Of a DNA stretch of 64,000 bases, positions 1 to 11,506 are shown piece by piece (within the stretch, counting starts at the first letter, position 1; each line of letters begins with the position of its first letter). Origin of the DNA: Diadema antillarum (Eukaryota); contig NW_027271017.1 in NCBI RefSeq assembly GCF_040938485.1, positions 186,001 to 250,000 on the forward strand, written 5' to 3'. Below the pieces are notes generated by a model that worked only from the letters and a program-made list of their open reading frames with translations, had not been told where the DNA came from and made no database searches. The position numbers and the translations under genes are program-made.

Positions 1-80
1 TAGGCAAAATAAATTGTCGTTTCATCACTTTTTTTTTAAAAAGAAAACCCGACAGAAATATCAACTTCATTTATCATATA

Positions 81-598
81 AGGGAACCCAAACCCAAAGA
101 GCAATGTGGATTGAGTGAAAGCAGCAACATTAGTAGAACACTTCAGTGAAAGTTTGAAAAAAAAAATGGACAATTGATTCAAAAGTTATTTATTCTTAAA
201 GTTTCGGTGTTGGAACCGCTGGATGAGGAGACTACCAGAGGTTATGGCATATGAGTGGAAAACAATTATAAAGAAAATGATAAAATAAATTCAACTAAAA
301 TTCATTTCTCTAGCATAATGAAAGAGGACTTGACTACCGCTTTCAGAAAGCAGGGGTAAAAACAGTATCAAGTTGATGGAATGTGTAATTTTCTGTATAT
401 TTTCTTAATATTGTCCACTCATAATACGTCATAACATCTAGTAGTCTCCTCATCCAGCGGTTCCAACACAAAAAAAAAACATTAAAAATTCATAACTTTT
501 GCATTGATTGTCGGTTTTCCTAAAACTTTCACTGATGTATTCTACTAATGTTGCTACTTTCACTCAATCCACATTACTCTTTGGGTTTGGGTTCCCGT
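81..598. mobile_element. Foldback MITE (Kolobok-like non-autonomous DNA transposon family), probably inside intron 3 of actin-like locus 1
   Basis: Long imperfect inverted arms (GGGAACCCAAACCC...GGGTTTGGGTTCCC; AGTAGAACAC/TGTATTCTACT; GGAACCGCTGGATGAGGAGACTAC and its reverse complement). Same family as the TTAA-flanked copy at 47600-48168. Boundaries approximate. Confidence 0.7.
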
Positions 599-846
599 TT
601 TAGTATCAATTTGACAAATAATCATCATCTTTCCCATTGAATACTTTCCTTACAACACTGTTCATGCCATAAAAATCAAGAACTTCGCTGTTTGAAAACA
701 AGAACATCTCAAAGACAGGTCAATTACATAATCCCTCTCGAAGAATGTTTGAGTTGCTTACAAAATAAGAGAAATAATCGACAGATGTGACCCTTTTGCG
801 AGCATGCAACAGGAACATGAGAACATCATCTCCCTCAGGAACGTAC

Positions 847-2927
847 CTGAGGTAACAAATGAAAGGCCTCTCTTGTTTAAAAGGTTCTGTAGGTAATTGG
901 TCAAGTCGATTCCTGCAAGGTCCATTCGCTGGACGGCGTGGACGATCGCCTCGCCGTCGCGGACAGGGACGACCTGGCACACGCCTTCCCCGATGTCGAG
1001 GACAAGGGAATCTCGTTGACTCGCCAGGACGGCAGCGTTGGCGAAGAAGATCCCAGGCATGTCATGCTTCTCGATCATCACCTGATTGTCGAGAAGACGA
1101 TTGTCCAGTCCAGATATGTGAAAGAAAACAAACGATATAAATCACGTAGGAATGAAAACGTTACTTTACACTTGTCAAAGATTTACACTTCTCAAAGATA
1201 ACTTGACTGCATTAGAAGGAGCCCATGTTCTGTCATTTTACGGATTATTTGAAGGTGATTCAAGCAGCATTAGTTAACGTAACTTAAATGAGCAAAACAC
1301 TTCGACAACATAGGGAAAGAATGAGAGACGGCAACAGCACAGAAATAAACCGTCCGGTAACTTCTTTGTGTGTATGTGTTTGATTGTTAAATTTTTATGT
1401 TTCATTCATACTTGATCAGGTACAAACAAAATGAATAATTTCTGAAATAATTACACTTTACTTAAAAAGCTAACCCACATTGTCGAGGCATGACAAATGA
1501 AAAAAAAAGGTACGTTTAAAGGGTGCAAGTAAGCTGCCTCCGTAGAGCAGGCATTGGGTAGGGTTATTTGGGGGTTATCATTCTGAACGACAGTGGCCAT
1601 TCTGATACGAGCAACCCAGAATTTTGCTAATGGAAGAGTCGCGTCACGTTACATCTTGTTGCTTGGACTCGAGTCAAGTCTACAGGCTATTAAAGGTCGT
1701 ATTATCCAAACGTCACGAAATTTTGCATGATTAAAGAATAATTTTACGGTAATGGTATACATCTCAGAGTTTTCAAAAAAGGAAAAGAAAAACTAACACC
1801 TTGTTACTTGGGAACACGCTCGTCATTTGTACAGGAAATAACGGTGGGAATTTCTTTCGGGTTCCGAATAAATTCATTTGAATCTTTGGTACTTCTCCAC
1901 GATAAAGCAGTTTCCAGTTTTATCATTCTGAGGAAAAGTCTTAGTTACCTACCACAACAATATACCAGCTTTTGAATAGAATCTTGGAGCTTTTAAGGTT
2001 GCAAAAGGGACACACAGGCTTTAAACACAGATGTCTTACCTCAGTCATCTTTTCCCTTTGTGACTTGGGATTGAAGGGAGGTTCCGTGAACAAGGTGGGA
2101 TGCTCTTCGGGACAAGCTCGATGACTGTTGTAGAAAATACGACCCACAAGCTTCTGAATATCATCCCAGTTTGTGACAACCCCGCGCTGGACGGGGTGCT
2201 GAAGGTCGAGCAGCCCGCGTCTCTCTAGCGCTTCCTCGCCGACGTACCGCAGCTCGCTATAGTACACCATACTTGGCTGGATAAGCTTTATCAAAAAATA
2301 AATTAAAAAAAAATGACATGAAAAGTCCGACAGAAATATATAAGACTTGGATTATAATGCGAGAAGACTTCATAATATCTAGAAATCGAAAGGCCAAACA
2401 TCGGAGTCTTAATAGTATAAACTGATGGAAATACGGATGAAATATGAAACAAGGATTCCATTAAGTTAGAAAAAAATCTGATTTGTTTTTCCTCGAAACG
2501 TCACCATCATCATCTACGGTGTGGCATTACATTGAAACCGAGCGATCTTGCAGAGTAAGCTTCAGGTCGGCCTTTCTTTTGTAAAGGTGGATATATTAAC
2601 TTTGAACAAACTTGTCTTCCCCAGCTACTGTTCTTGAAATAATGATGATGATCATAATTGTCTTAGGGGCACAAATCATAGTTGGTATTGGATAGCACAT
2701 TCCACCACCCCAACCCGCATGATTCATGCGTATGAAGGCATTTGTAACCATCTTTGATGATATACCACACAATGCCAAAGGTACTTGCATTGACATCTTA
2801 CCTGGTGCTTTGGCCTTCCAGCAAGGGCGGGGATAGAAGTTCGAGGTTCGTCTTCACCGGCGAAGCCCGCCTTCCACTGCCCCGACCCGCTGTCGATCAT
2901 GAAGCAGCTGTAATCGAGTTCATTCAT
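847..2927 (-). CDS. Divergent actin-like gene, locus 1 (partial: exons 1-3; last exon lies left of the window)
   Basis: Exons 2927-2802 ([42 protein letters not shown]), 2276-2040 (PSMVYYSELRYVGEE...REKMTE) and 1081-847 (VMIEKHD...LSFVTS-G). All have GT-AG boundaries at actin intron positions 41/121/204. A probable leader intron runs from donor 4426 to acceptor 2985. Confidence 0.9.
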
Positions 2928-3894
2928 CGTGATCGACTCTGGTATCGCAGCGTTAGCAACTGTACGGCTTCAGACCGCGCTTTACTGCGGAAAATTCAAA
3001 CGGGTTACACTGCACGTCACCTTACCCCTTGCCGTAAATACCGAAACATCGCTGATCATGGATATGTTTCCAGAGAACCAACTTACTTATGCAAATTATT
3101 GCTCTACGTGACTCTCCCTAGTTGATGTTGTTCCTGGTGTTGTATAAGATTGATTGTGTATCGTTTCTTCAATTGAAGTTCTGAATCAATACTGTGCCAC
3201 AGTCACGAAAAATTGACAACCGAAAGTATACACATGCAATCAGACAAAACCAGTACAGATAGTCCTCTTGATACACTCAACAATGCGCTGTTTTAGACAG
3301 CACTTGCTAAGGACAGTTCAGCTCATCCTCTTGTATTGTTCTACCGATGGGTCTTATCACCACCTCAACGTTAAGGTTTCTGTTCTCAAGAGAGGTAGGC
3401 CCTAGTGTGGTTGAAATATCTTGTCTAACTCGAATTCGAATCCAGGGCCTCCCAGCTAATAAGACAGAGCTTTATTTAGTACATGCGTCGTACACTATCA
3501 CTGTGCTTTTACGATCTCTCTTCGTGGAAAAAAAATGAAATAGCTGTGAAGATGCTAAGTTCGAGTTGTATGGAATGGATCCAAAACTGAAATCCATTTT
3601 CTAATATTCTTGTTTGTATCCTGATGCTGTAGACAGTCGGCTTAAATGTGTAGTATATCCGTGTCATATATCAGTTTTCTTTCACGGGAGATGTTTTTTT
3701 TTTTTTTTTTTTTTTTTTTTGCTATGGGAGGGGGGGGGGGGGGGTGACCCACTGACGATCGGTGAGTCATGACAAGCAGAGGGCCGTACGTGTGCGAAGA
3801 GATATAGGTCATATTCAGTTGTTCAAGATATTACAAATGATCGACACTGTCCATGCTGCTGACAGGATCCAGCGAGGTTTAGTAGCAGCTATGC

Positions 3895-3950
<56 letters not shown>

Positions 3951-3955
3951 TAGTA
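3895..3955. repeat. (GTA)n microsatellite
   Basis: Directly visible tandem AGT/GTA run followed by a degenerate tail. Confidence 0.95.
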
Positions 3956-4914
3956 TAGTACACTGTAGTAATATAGCAGTACTTCAGCAGTTAGCAGTAG
4001 TAGTAATAGCTATAGCAGGCCACTAAGTACAGTAGCTAGGTATACGTTGGTAGAGGTATAGCAGTAAAGTTAGCAGTTGTAGTAATGTCTGATGTATTTA
4101 CATTATGAATACAATATTACACTATCATGACTATGTACCTTGTTTTACCAATGTCGTTAGAAATGGTAGATGGGCGTGGCTGAGCTAGCGCGAGAGATTG
4201 ACGCACATGGCATACAGAATATCATAACAAACGTACAACCGAACCAGCTCAGAAAGGCGTGCGATACCAAAATACGTCCGTTGCATGTAGACAGTAGACC
4301 TATCTCTACGGAAGTACAGTGTATACCTCTCTCATCGTTTCCGGGTCTGCAACAGAAGGGCTCTGGCGGTCAAAACATGATACAGATTGTAGTATGAATA
4401 CATCGATAGGAATCACCGTGTCTTACCTGTTTAGTAAAATAAGTCAAGTGATCCCCCCGCAGTGATCGTGCACAGACTCATGCTCGGCCGTTGTATCCAG
4501 CCGCTAGCCGCTATAAGTTATGTCCTCGAGTCGGGTACACTTTCGCTTCATCTGAAGGTAGAGACCCACTGTACGGGTCGATATCGCTGTAAAAAATTAA
4601 TGTCACGGGTGTATCAAGCTTCAGGGGATGTCTCTAGACGACATCTAGGCAAAAATCATCACAACGTTCACACAATGCCCACAACACACTGTCGTGTTTT
4701 ATTAGTGTCGTTCTGCACTCTCTTCACTGTTATAGCGGTACGTTGTTTACGGCAGGAAGCTACTCGATGGACACCCTTGCGTATGTGTGTGTGTGTACAA
4801 GGAGATTTCTCGACAGAAGTTGTATAGCCTGAATACCAGACGTTTTCTTTTGCGAAGATATGGAACGATGCTCACGGTCACCGGACGTCAACATTGCCTC
4901 GGGCGAGAATGAGA

Positions 4915-5165
4915 AGGGCGGCTAGTATCTGATCAGTGGAAATCAGTGGGAATGCTGGGGATGATTGGTCCAATCCTTTTGGGATTCATTTAGGAGTACA
5001 TTATATATCTATTGTTGTGTGAAAATTCTTTGCTTCAGAATGGTTTCATATTCAAGTAATGTGCAGTTCAATCGCCCCGTCACTGTTCAGTACAGGCATG
5101 CTAACCTAGAAAAATTAAACTGCACATTACTTGAATATGAGACCATTCTGAAGCAAATGATTATA
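4915..5165. mobile_element. Truncated copy of the TTAA-type foldback MITE at 17249-17605
   Basis: Direct similarity to 17255-17500 (GGCTAGTA..ATCAGTGGGAATGCTG...GAATATGAGACCATTCTG). The right arm is incomplete. Confidence 0.8.
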
Positions 5166-5290
5166 CAGACTTATGTTCAATTCAATTCAATTCAATTTAA
5201 TTCAATAATATTGACGTTTTATAATGTTTCTGAGATGTGAGATTCCATCGGCAGATAAAATTTGATAGAAGCTGGGACGGCATTTTTTTA

Positions 5291-7107
5291 TTAGGTGATC
5301 CGAGTATCCTCTCGGATCACCTTCTGTATCTGTACTGAATCTTTCTTCTTTCTTTGTTTCTTTCTTTATTTCTCCTCAAAAGTTGTGCAGAGGTTAGCTC
5401 AGAAAGTGCATTGCCTCTCAATGTCAAACTTATACCATATATGTATCATGTCGCAAAGACGACAGCACAAGTAAAATCATAGTGATCAGTCGACCGTGAC
5501 GTCACTATGACGTCATTATATGAAAACACATTTTCATGCATATCTCATTAATGGAATGGAATATTTCAATGAAATTTACGTCACATATATTTCAAGTCAA
5601 GCGAATTCTACTCATATTCTCAAAATTCATTTTTATCTCAAAACGCGCGCGTACGCGCGCGTTGAAATATTTGTATGCTAAAATCGAGCTCAAAATTTTT
5701 TTGCACACGTTTCAGACCATTTGGAGCATTTTTTGAAAAATTGAAAAAATTGGACGGACGCGTACGCGCGCGCACATATTCGCACGCACAGCTAATATGA
5801 AATAGAAATTTTCAATTTTTTCACACGGATCAGATGTCCGAAATGTCAAGGAATATTTCTACCAAGTTTCAAGTCGATCCGATTCAATATGACGTCATAC
5901 GGGCCCGTCAAAGTTGAAATTCCGCGCGCGCGTCAATGGCGCTATACAGTGCAACTATGCCAAAAAAACGCCAATTTTAAACCCGATTTTACTCGCCAGG
6001 ATGGACGGTGACCCCCCATTTTCTTTACATATTCTGAAAGCTGATGAGTTGTACATGTCATTTCATGGGTTGGCAATGCTGGAAAAATGATTAAAAGATA
6101 TCAAATTTCTTAATAAAGTAAAAAAAGTAAATTTTCAAAATGACGTCATCAAATTTCAAGTTTACTCGAACGTATCTCACTTATCCTTTGCCAATTTCCA
6201 TCTAAATTTCAATATGTTGTAGCTTATGAAATGCTCTTTCATAAATGTAGTTACATATTTTTGATTAGATAACGACATCACCTCGAAAAAATGGATTGAA
6301 GGTAACCTTGTCAAATTTGACCAGTTTACGTGTAATCTCTATGGGAGTGCAATTTTTATGGAAATGAAAATTGACATGACTATCTTTATCGAGCACTAGC
6401 TCACTTATGCTTGGGTGAATTTCTCTAAGATTTTAATATGTTGTAGCTGAGACGTAGGGCTATCGTAAACGTGCCCTTTGTTTTTTCATACGTTGTCGGG
6501 ATCACGTAAAAAAACTTGGTTGAAATTACAGCTTATCTTCGATGTATTGTAATATTTCTTTCTTTTTACAACTTTATGTGCAATAACTCAAGAAAAACAT
6601 ACCCTATCACCACCATATTTTGCACATGTTTAGTTCATGTCACGAACATTATTTCATAAAATAACAACTACTTAATCAGACGCCATCTTGGGTATGTAAA
6701 TTAGGGTCAAAGGTCGTAGATGTTTCATCCTGTATCTTGGTGAATACATGTCCTATCTTTCCCATATTTTGCACACGTAAAGACCATGTTACAGGAATCA
6801 TTTCATAAAATAACTACTTTTTGCTCAGATGCCATCTTGTCTGTGCAAAGTGGGGTCAAAGGTCATATGTACTTCTTTTTCTATCTTCGCTATGACGTAT
6901 TATCTCTATGGGAGGGAATTTTTTAGATGTGAAAATTGACATGACTCTCTTTATCGAGCACTATCTTACTTATGCTTCGGTGAATTTCTCTCAGATTTTA
7001 ATAAATATGTTGTAGCTGAGACTTTGCACTATCAGGACTCGAATCATTGATTTAAAAAAAAATCGGATCACCTTAATTTGTCAGTGATGACAAATTACAA
7101 TCTCTAG
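5291..7107 (+). mobile_element. Non-autonomous Helentron/DINE-1-like element (~1.8 kb)
   Basis: 5' T-run; AGGTGATCCGAG (5293-5304) with a nearby inverted copy (5311-5322); TCTT-type microsatellite; 3' subterminal TCGGATCACCT (7063-7073); 10-bp stem-loop (7074-7097); terminal CTAG followed by TT. Internal direct duplications, about 6330-6450 vs 6900-7020. Confidence 0.65.
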
Positions 7108-7110
7108 TTT

Positions 7111-7354
7111 ATAAGTGCATTATGAAAGTTGAATGAAATAAAAGATTTATTGGAAAGAGTAGCTATGTGTTTGCGTATAAGAGGAAGGGGAGGGGGGAGA
7201 AGGGGGGGGCTAAGGAACCTATATATTTTTTTGTTTTTTTGTTTGTTTGTTTTTTGCTATGGGGGGGGGGTGACCCCCTTCCTCTTATACGCAAACACAT
7301 AGCTACTCTTTCCAATAAATCTTTTATTTCATTCAACTTTCATAATGCACTTAT
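7111..7354. repeat. Perfect 80-bp inverted repeat with 84-nt spacer
   Basis: 7111-7190 is the exact reverse complement of 7275-7354 (compared by eye). Confidence 0.9.
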
Positions 7355-10300
7355 GCAAAAATAAATGAACGGGTCTTTTCATTATTGAATGTTCTCAGCA
7401 TAAAATGAGACTCCATTTGAGTATTATAAGAACGACCCAAGTCCATGGAAGACCATTTCGAGTAAACTTTAAAAAAAACTTCGTATCTTTTTTATTTGTC
7501 CAATAATATTCTATTTAACTGTGATGGGAAGGCAACATTGTATATACAAATCAGAACATATATTATTATGACAATTAACATTTACATTAATTGTGGAGAG
7601 GCCATTTTGTGTGGTGGACTTGGGTCGTTCTTTGATTCATATTATACATGATATTCTGCTATAGAGATGAGAGAAGGATGAGAGAGGGCGCTATTATATG
7701 AATGTAAGAATGACCCAAGTCCTTCATTCTTACATTGATATAAGATTTAACTCATTCATTTCAGGCACTTCCGGGGGTAATTAGGATTTATCATTTATAC
7801 ACAAGATGAGTCCATGCATAAGCTACAATTTCCCATGTCAAACTGAATTTGGCCAAAAATTGGACTCGGGTCGTTCTTATATTCATGTCTTCATTTACTT
7901 CCATCGTATGTGTTTTTTAATCTTTGTAGGTCTTGTTGATCTTTTTGCATCATTTACTGTTATCATTACTACATTGTAGTGCCATGTTTTCTACTATCGT
8001 AATACTTTTGTTAAAATTTTGATTATTGCATTCGCCATGGTTTATATCATTTGAATTGAAGTTTGATTGTTTGTTTGTTTGTCTTTCTTTTTTAAATGCA
8101 GGAATAAACTGTTCCATTACCCAACCCAAACCCAAACAAGTCAGCCCTTTCATGAATCTAGTATGGTTTCCAGACACTTTGCCATATTTCATAGTCCTTT
8201 CCATCCGCCCACGACAGCCGTGGCACCCGTGCCTTTAGCCGAGATCCATCCAGCTGGACCGGTCACTTCTCTCGTCGTTAGAGGGCGTGAATATTCTGGG
8301 AAGCAGCACAGTTCGATGTACTGTAATAATCATTATTAGGCAGAATGATGGTCTTGAAGTCATAACTACCGTGAATCAGAAATAAATCAGACATTTCGTG
8401 TCCAACCCCTCACCCGAATCCTGCCGTGCACCTACCCACACCCATCCACCAACACACACACACACAGACACTCTCTCTAGCTCTCTTTTGTAGTACGTTT
8501 GTTTGCCTATCACACAATATTACAAGTATTATTGTCCCCCAACCCCAATTCCGCACCAGCACACACCATTACCATATGTGGCGAAAATTTTCGGTCGATT
8601 TCCCTCTCATGAATATTCATGTTTGGCATTCAAATTGAGATTTCCTATGCTACACGCATTGCATGAAGTTATATTGTTTTGATTTCGCCATATACTAAGA
8701 ACTAGTATACTGTAGATCCTGAAAAGCATATAAATAGCACGATCACAGTGCCACTACTGACACTAATCAAACATGAAATGTCAATATGTAAACACGCACT
8801 GCATGTTAGTAATATATATATATATATATACGAACAAAGTTTAACTAAGGTTTCATAAATGTGTCTTGTATGCCCCCAAAATCGACGACCCCCCCCCCCC
8901 CCCCTTAGATCTTTGGGCGTTCTGGGAAATAATATGTATATAAATTTACAAGCATAGGAAAAAAAATCCCTCTCAAATCTGATTCATCCAGCCAAGAAAT
9001 ATGAATATTTATTATTGAAGTGGAGTTGAAATCCAAGTTGCTCTTGATTCTGAGAAAAATTACAGCATCCCTTGTGAATGTTATGTGAACGTGGGCTGCA
9101 TCCATCGTGACTGCACGTGTTATAACTTTACTCTACCTACAGGTAAGAAATGTTACTATCATTTACCTTCATTAAATTATCTTTCATTCTTTCTGAGTAG
9201 TCAGTTGGTAAATTGTTTACGATATAATTATATCTCTAAAGCAGAACTTCATGGTTTCTCCTTTACAGAAGAAGTATTGGTATCATGATTGTCACTGCTT
9301 AGTTACTGAACGTCAATACGTTTTTACCACAAAATAATGAATTGGTATTGTGTATTTTTTGTATACATAGGCCTATTAATTATGGTAGATATGTCATTGA
9401 TGAATGTTTCATCGGTGAGTAGTTTCCATCATGTACGGATTAGAATCATAAACTAAGTCTTATTAGCGCGATTTATTATTGATTGATATATGAATCAATT
9501 GTATTGTATTGGACTCGGTAAATTATCAAGCACACGGACTAAGAATGTCATATCAGTGATTTTAAGTGTAATTTACATCTTGTTGGATTTTCGCTTAGTT
9601 TTATTGTTCCATATTCCACATTCACATGTAAATCATAAACATATTAAGAATTGAAAGCGCAAATTGTCTATTACCAAAAAAAAAAGGATAACAAAAATGT
9701 GGAATGCGAGGAATCTACTATCACAAAGAAGCAATATGCTTGTAGAGAGGAGATTCCCAGAAGCTATTAGAAAGGAGTTCTTACATGAAACTTACAGTTG
9801 CCACAAATGACAAATTATGAAGTGAGAGCTGAATATGTCGAATAATATAACAAAAGATAGATTTGAGATTATTTTAGACTGAACTACAAAGACCTGCGTG
9901 ATAAACATTACAGTGATAACAATCTGAGATCAGTGGTGAACAAAAACAGCCAAAATTATCATCCCTCATCAAAATACTGCTATTATCCTTATTGTTATTA
10001 TTGTTATTATCATTACATTAAGTCTAATGATTTTTTTTCTTCGCACATAGGGGCCTACATCCTACAAGTTTTGTCTTTTTTGAATTAGCGGATCCCTCTA
10101 TGATGTCCATTTTTCGAATTTTGCATGTTGTTTATTTACTTCTAATCACTTGAGTTTTATGACTATGTATAATCATCGTAAAGTGCTACAATCATTTGTA
10201 CTTTTTTTTTCATCCTATACAGATTTACGCACCTTATTTTCTGTTACAAAAAAAAAAAACACATATGTCTGTAATTATGTTCTTGTTGAAAAATGAAATA

Positions 10301-11357
10301 AAAATTGAACTGAATTGAATTATTATTATCATTATTATCAATATTATCATTAATATTGTTATTATTATCATCATCACAATTATCATCACCATCATACACT
10401 TGTATCTTTTCCTACAGATTTAGACTTTCAAAGCACCCTGTACCGCCTCTGGACAAGGGTAACAAATGACATCTTGTTATACAAACACCTAATAGTTATA
10501 AACGGAGAACTGTAAACATTGACTGTACTTTGACCGAACCAAACCATCTAATGTCAACCATAAAATGGGGAAAGGCAGTTTATATTGATATTATGTATGA
10601 TATTAGCACGCATGCAGATCGCAAGAAGACTAACCTGGCAGAAGCTTCTATAGTGGAAAGACAGACCCAGTCAGTTCAACTCCCTGATGTACAGCATCAG
10701 TCACGGTAAGATATAGCCCTATAGAAGTAATATGAAGGACTACTTCTCAGTCAGTATTCCATTGGTGAATTCTTGTTAGACATACAGCATGTACAGCATG
10801 TGAGCTGAAAATACTATTGATCTCCCTTTTTCTCATCAATCTACTTTATATCGTGATCCCATCTTCTTGATTTCTACGTTTGACTATATACATATTTGAA
10901 AGTTGCCTATAAGATTCACCGGGTAATATCAAGTACAGCAAAGTATACATACTATAAACAACACGTGTTTTATTCTTCCCATTTATTCTTGACTGCTTTA
11001 GTGTGTTTATAATGTGCATGATTATATGTGAGTGTATAATTATTATGTGTGTTTATGTCTGCGAGTGAGTGCGTTTGTGTGCATAACTGAAGATGCTTAG
11101 AAAACAATATTTTTGGTACATGTAGATGTTTGAAGCAAAATATTTCACCTTTAATTGGGTCGTTCTGTAGAGCATTATGAAATGAACTTCACTGTACTGG
11201 ACTTGCTGAATTAATACATATTACAAATTTTCATTACTAAGAGACCTGAGATTATCTGTATTATCATCCTTTGGAAAGTCGAGTGTATTATTTTCATGAT
11301 TATAATTCCTGATTCATTCTGTGTTATGTTTTGTTGGAAAAGGAAGAATGACAATAA

Positions 11358-11442
11358 ATGAATTGAATTGAATTGAATTGAATGGAACGGAATGGAATGG
11401 ACTGGAATGGAATTGAATTGAATTGAATGGAGTGGAATGGAA
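11358..11442. repeat. (GAATT/GAATG)n pentanucleotide repeat
   Basis: Directly visible. Related runs occur at ~5177-5205, ~39125-39180 and ~55055. Confidence 0.9.
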
Positions 11443-11506
11443 TATTGCATTTAGGCGATCAATCCTCTTTGACTTTACAATCTTTGAAAGCTATACAAGA
11501 ACCATC

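Noticed and set aside
9640-10330. Possible decayed LINE 3' end with (TGAAT)n tail
   Set aside because: Only a weak WN-like peptide and tail were seen, too degraded to call.
11080-11110. CTGAAGA...GAAA as a second hammerhead
   Set aside because: No stem II or stem I pairing can be built.
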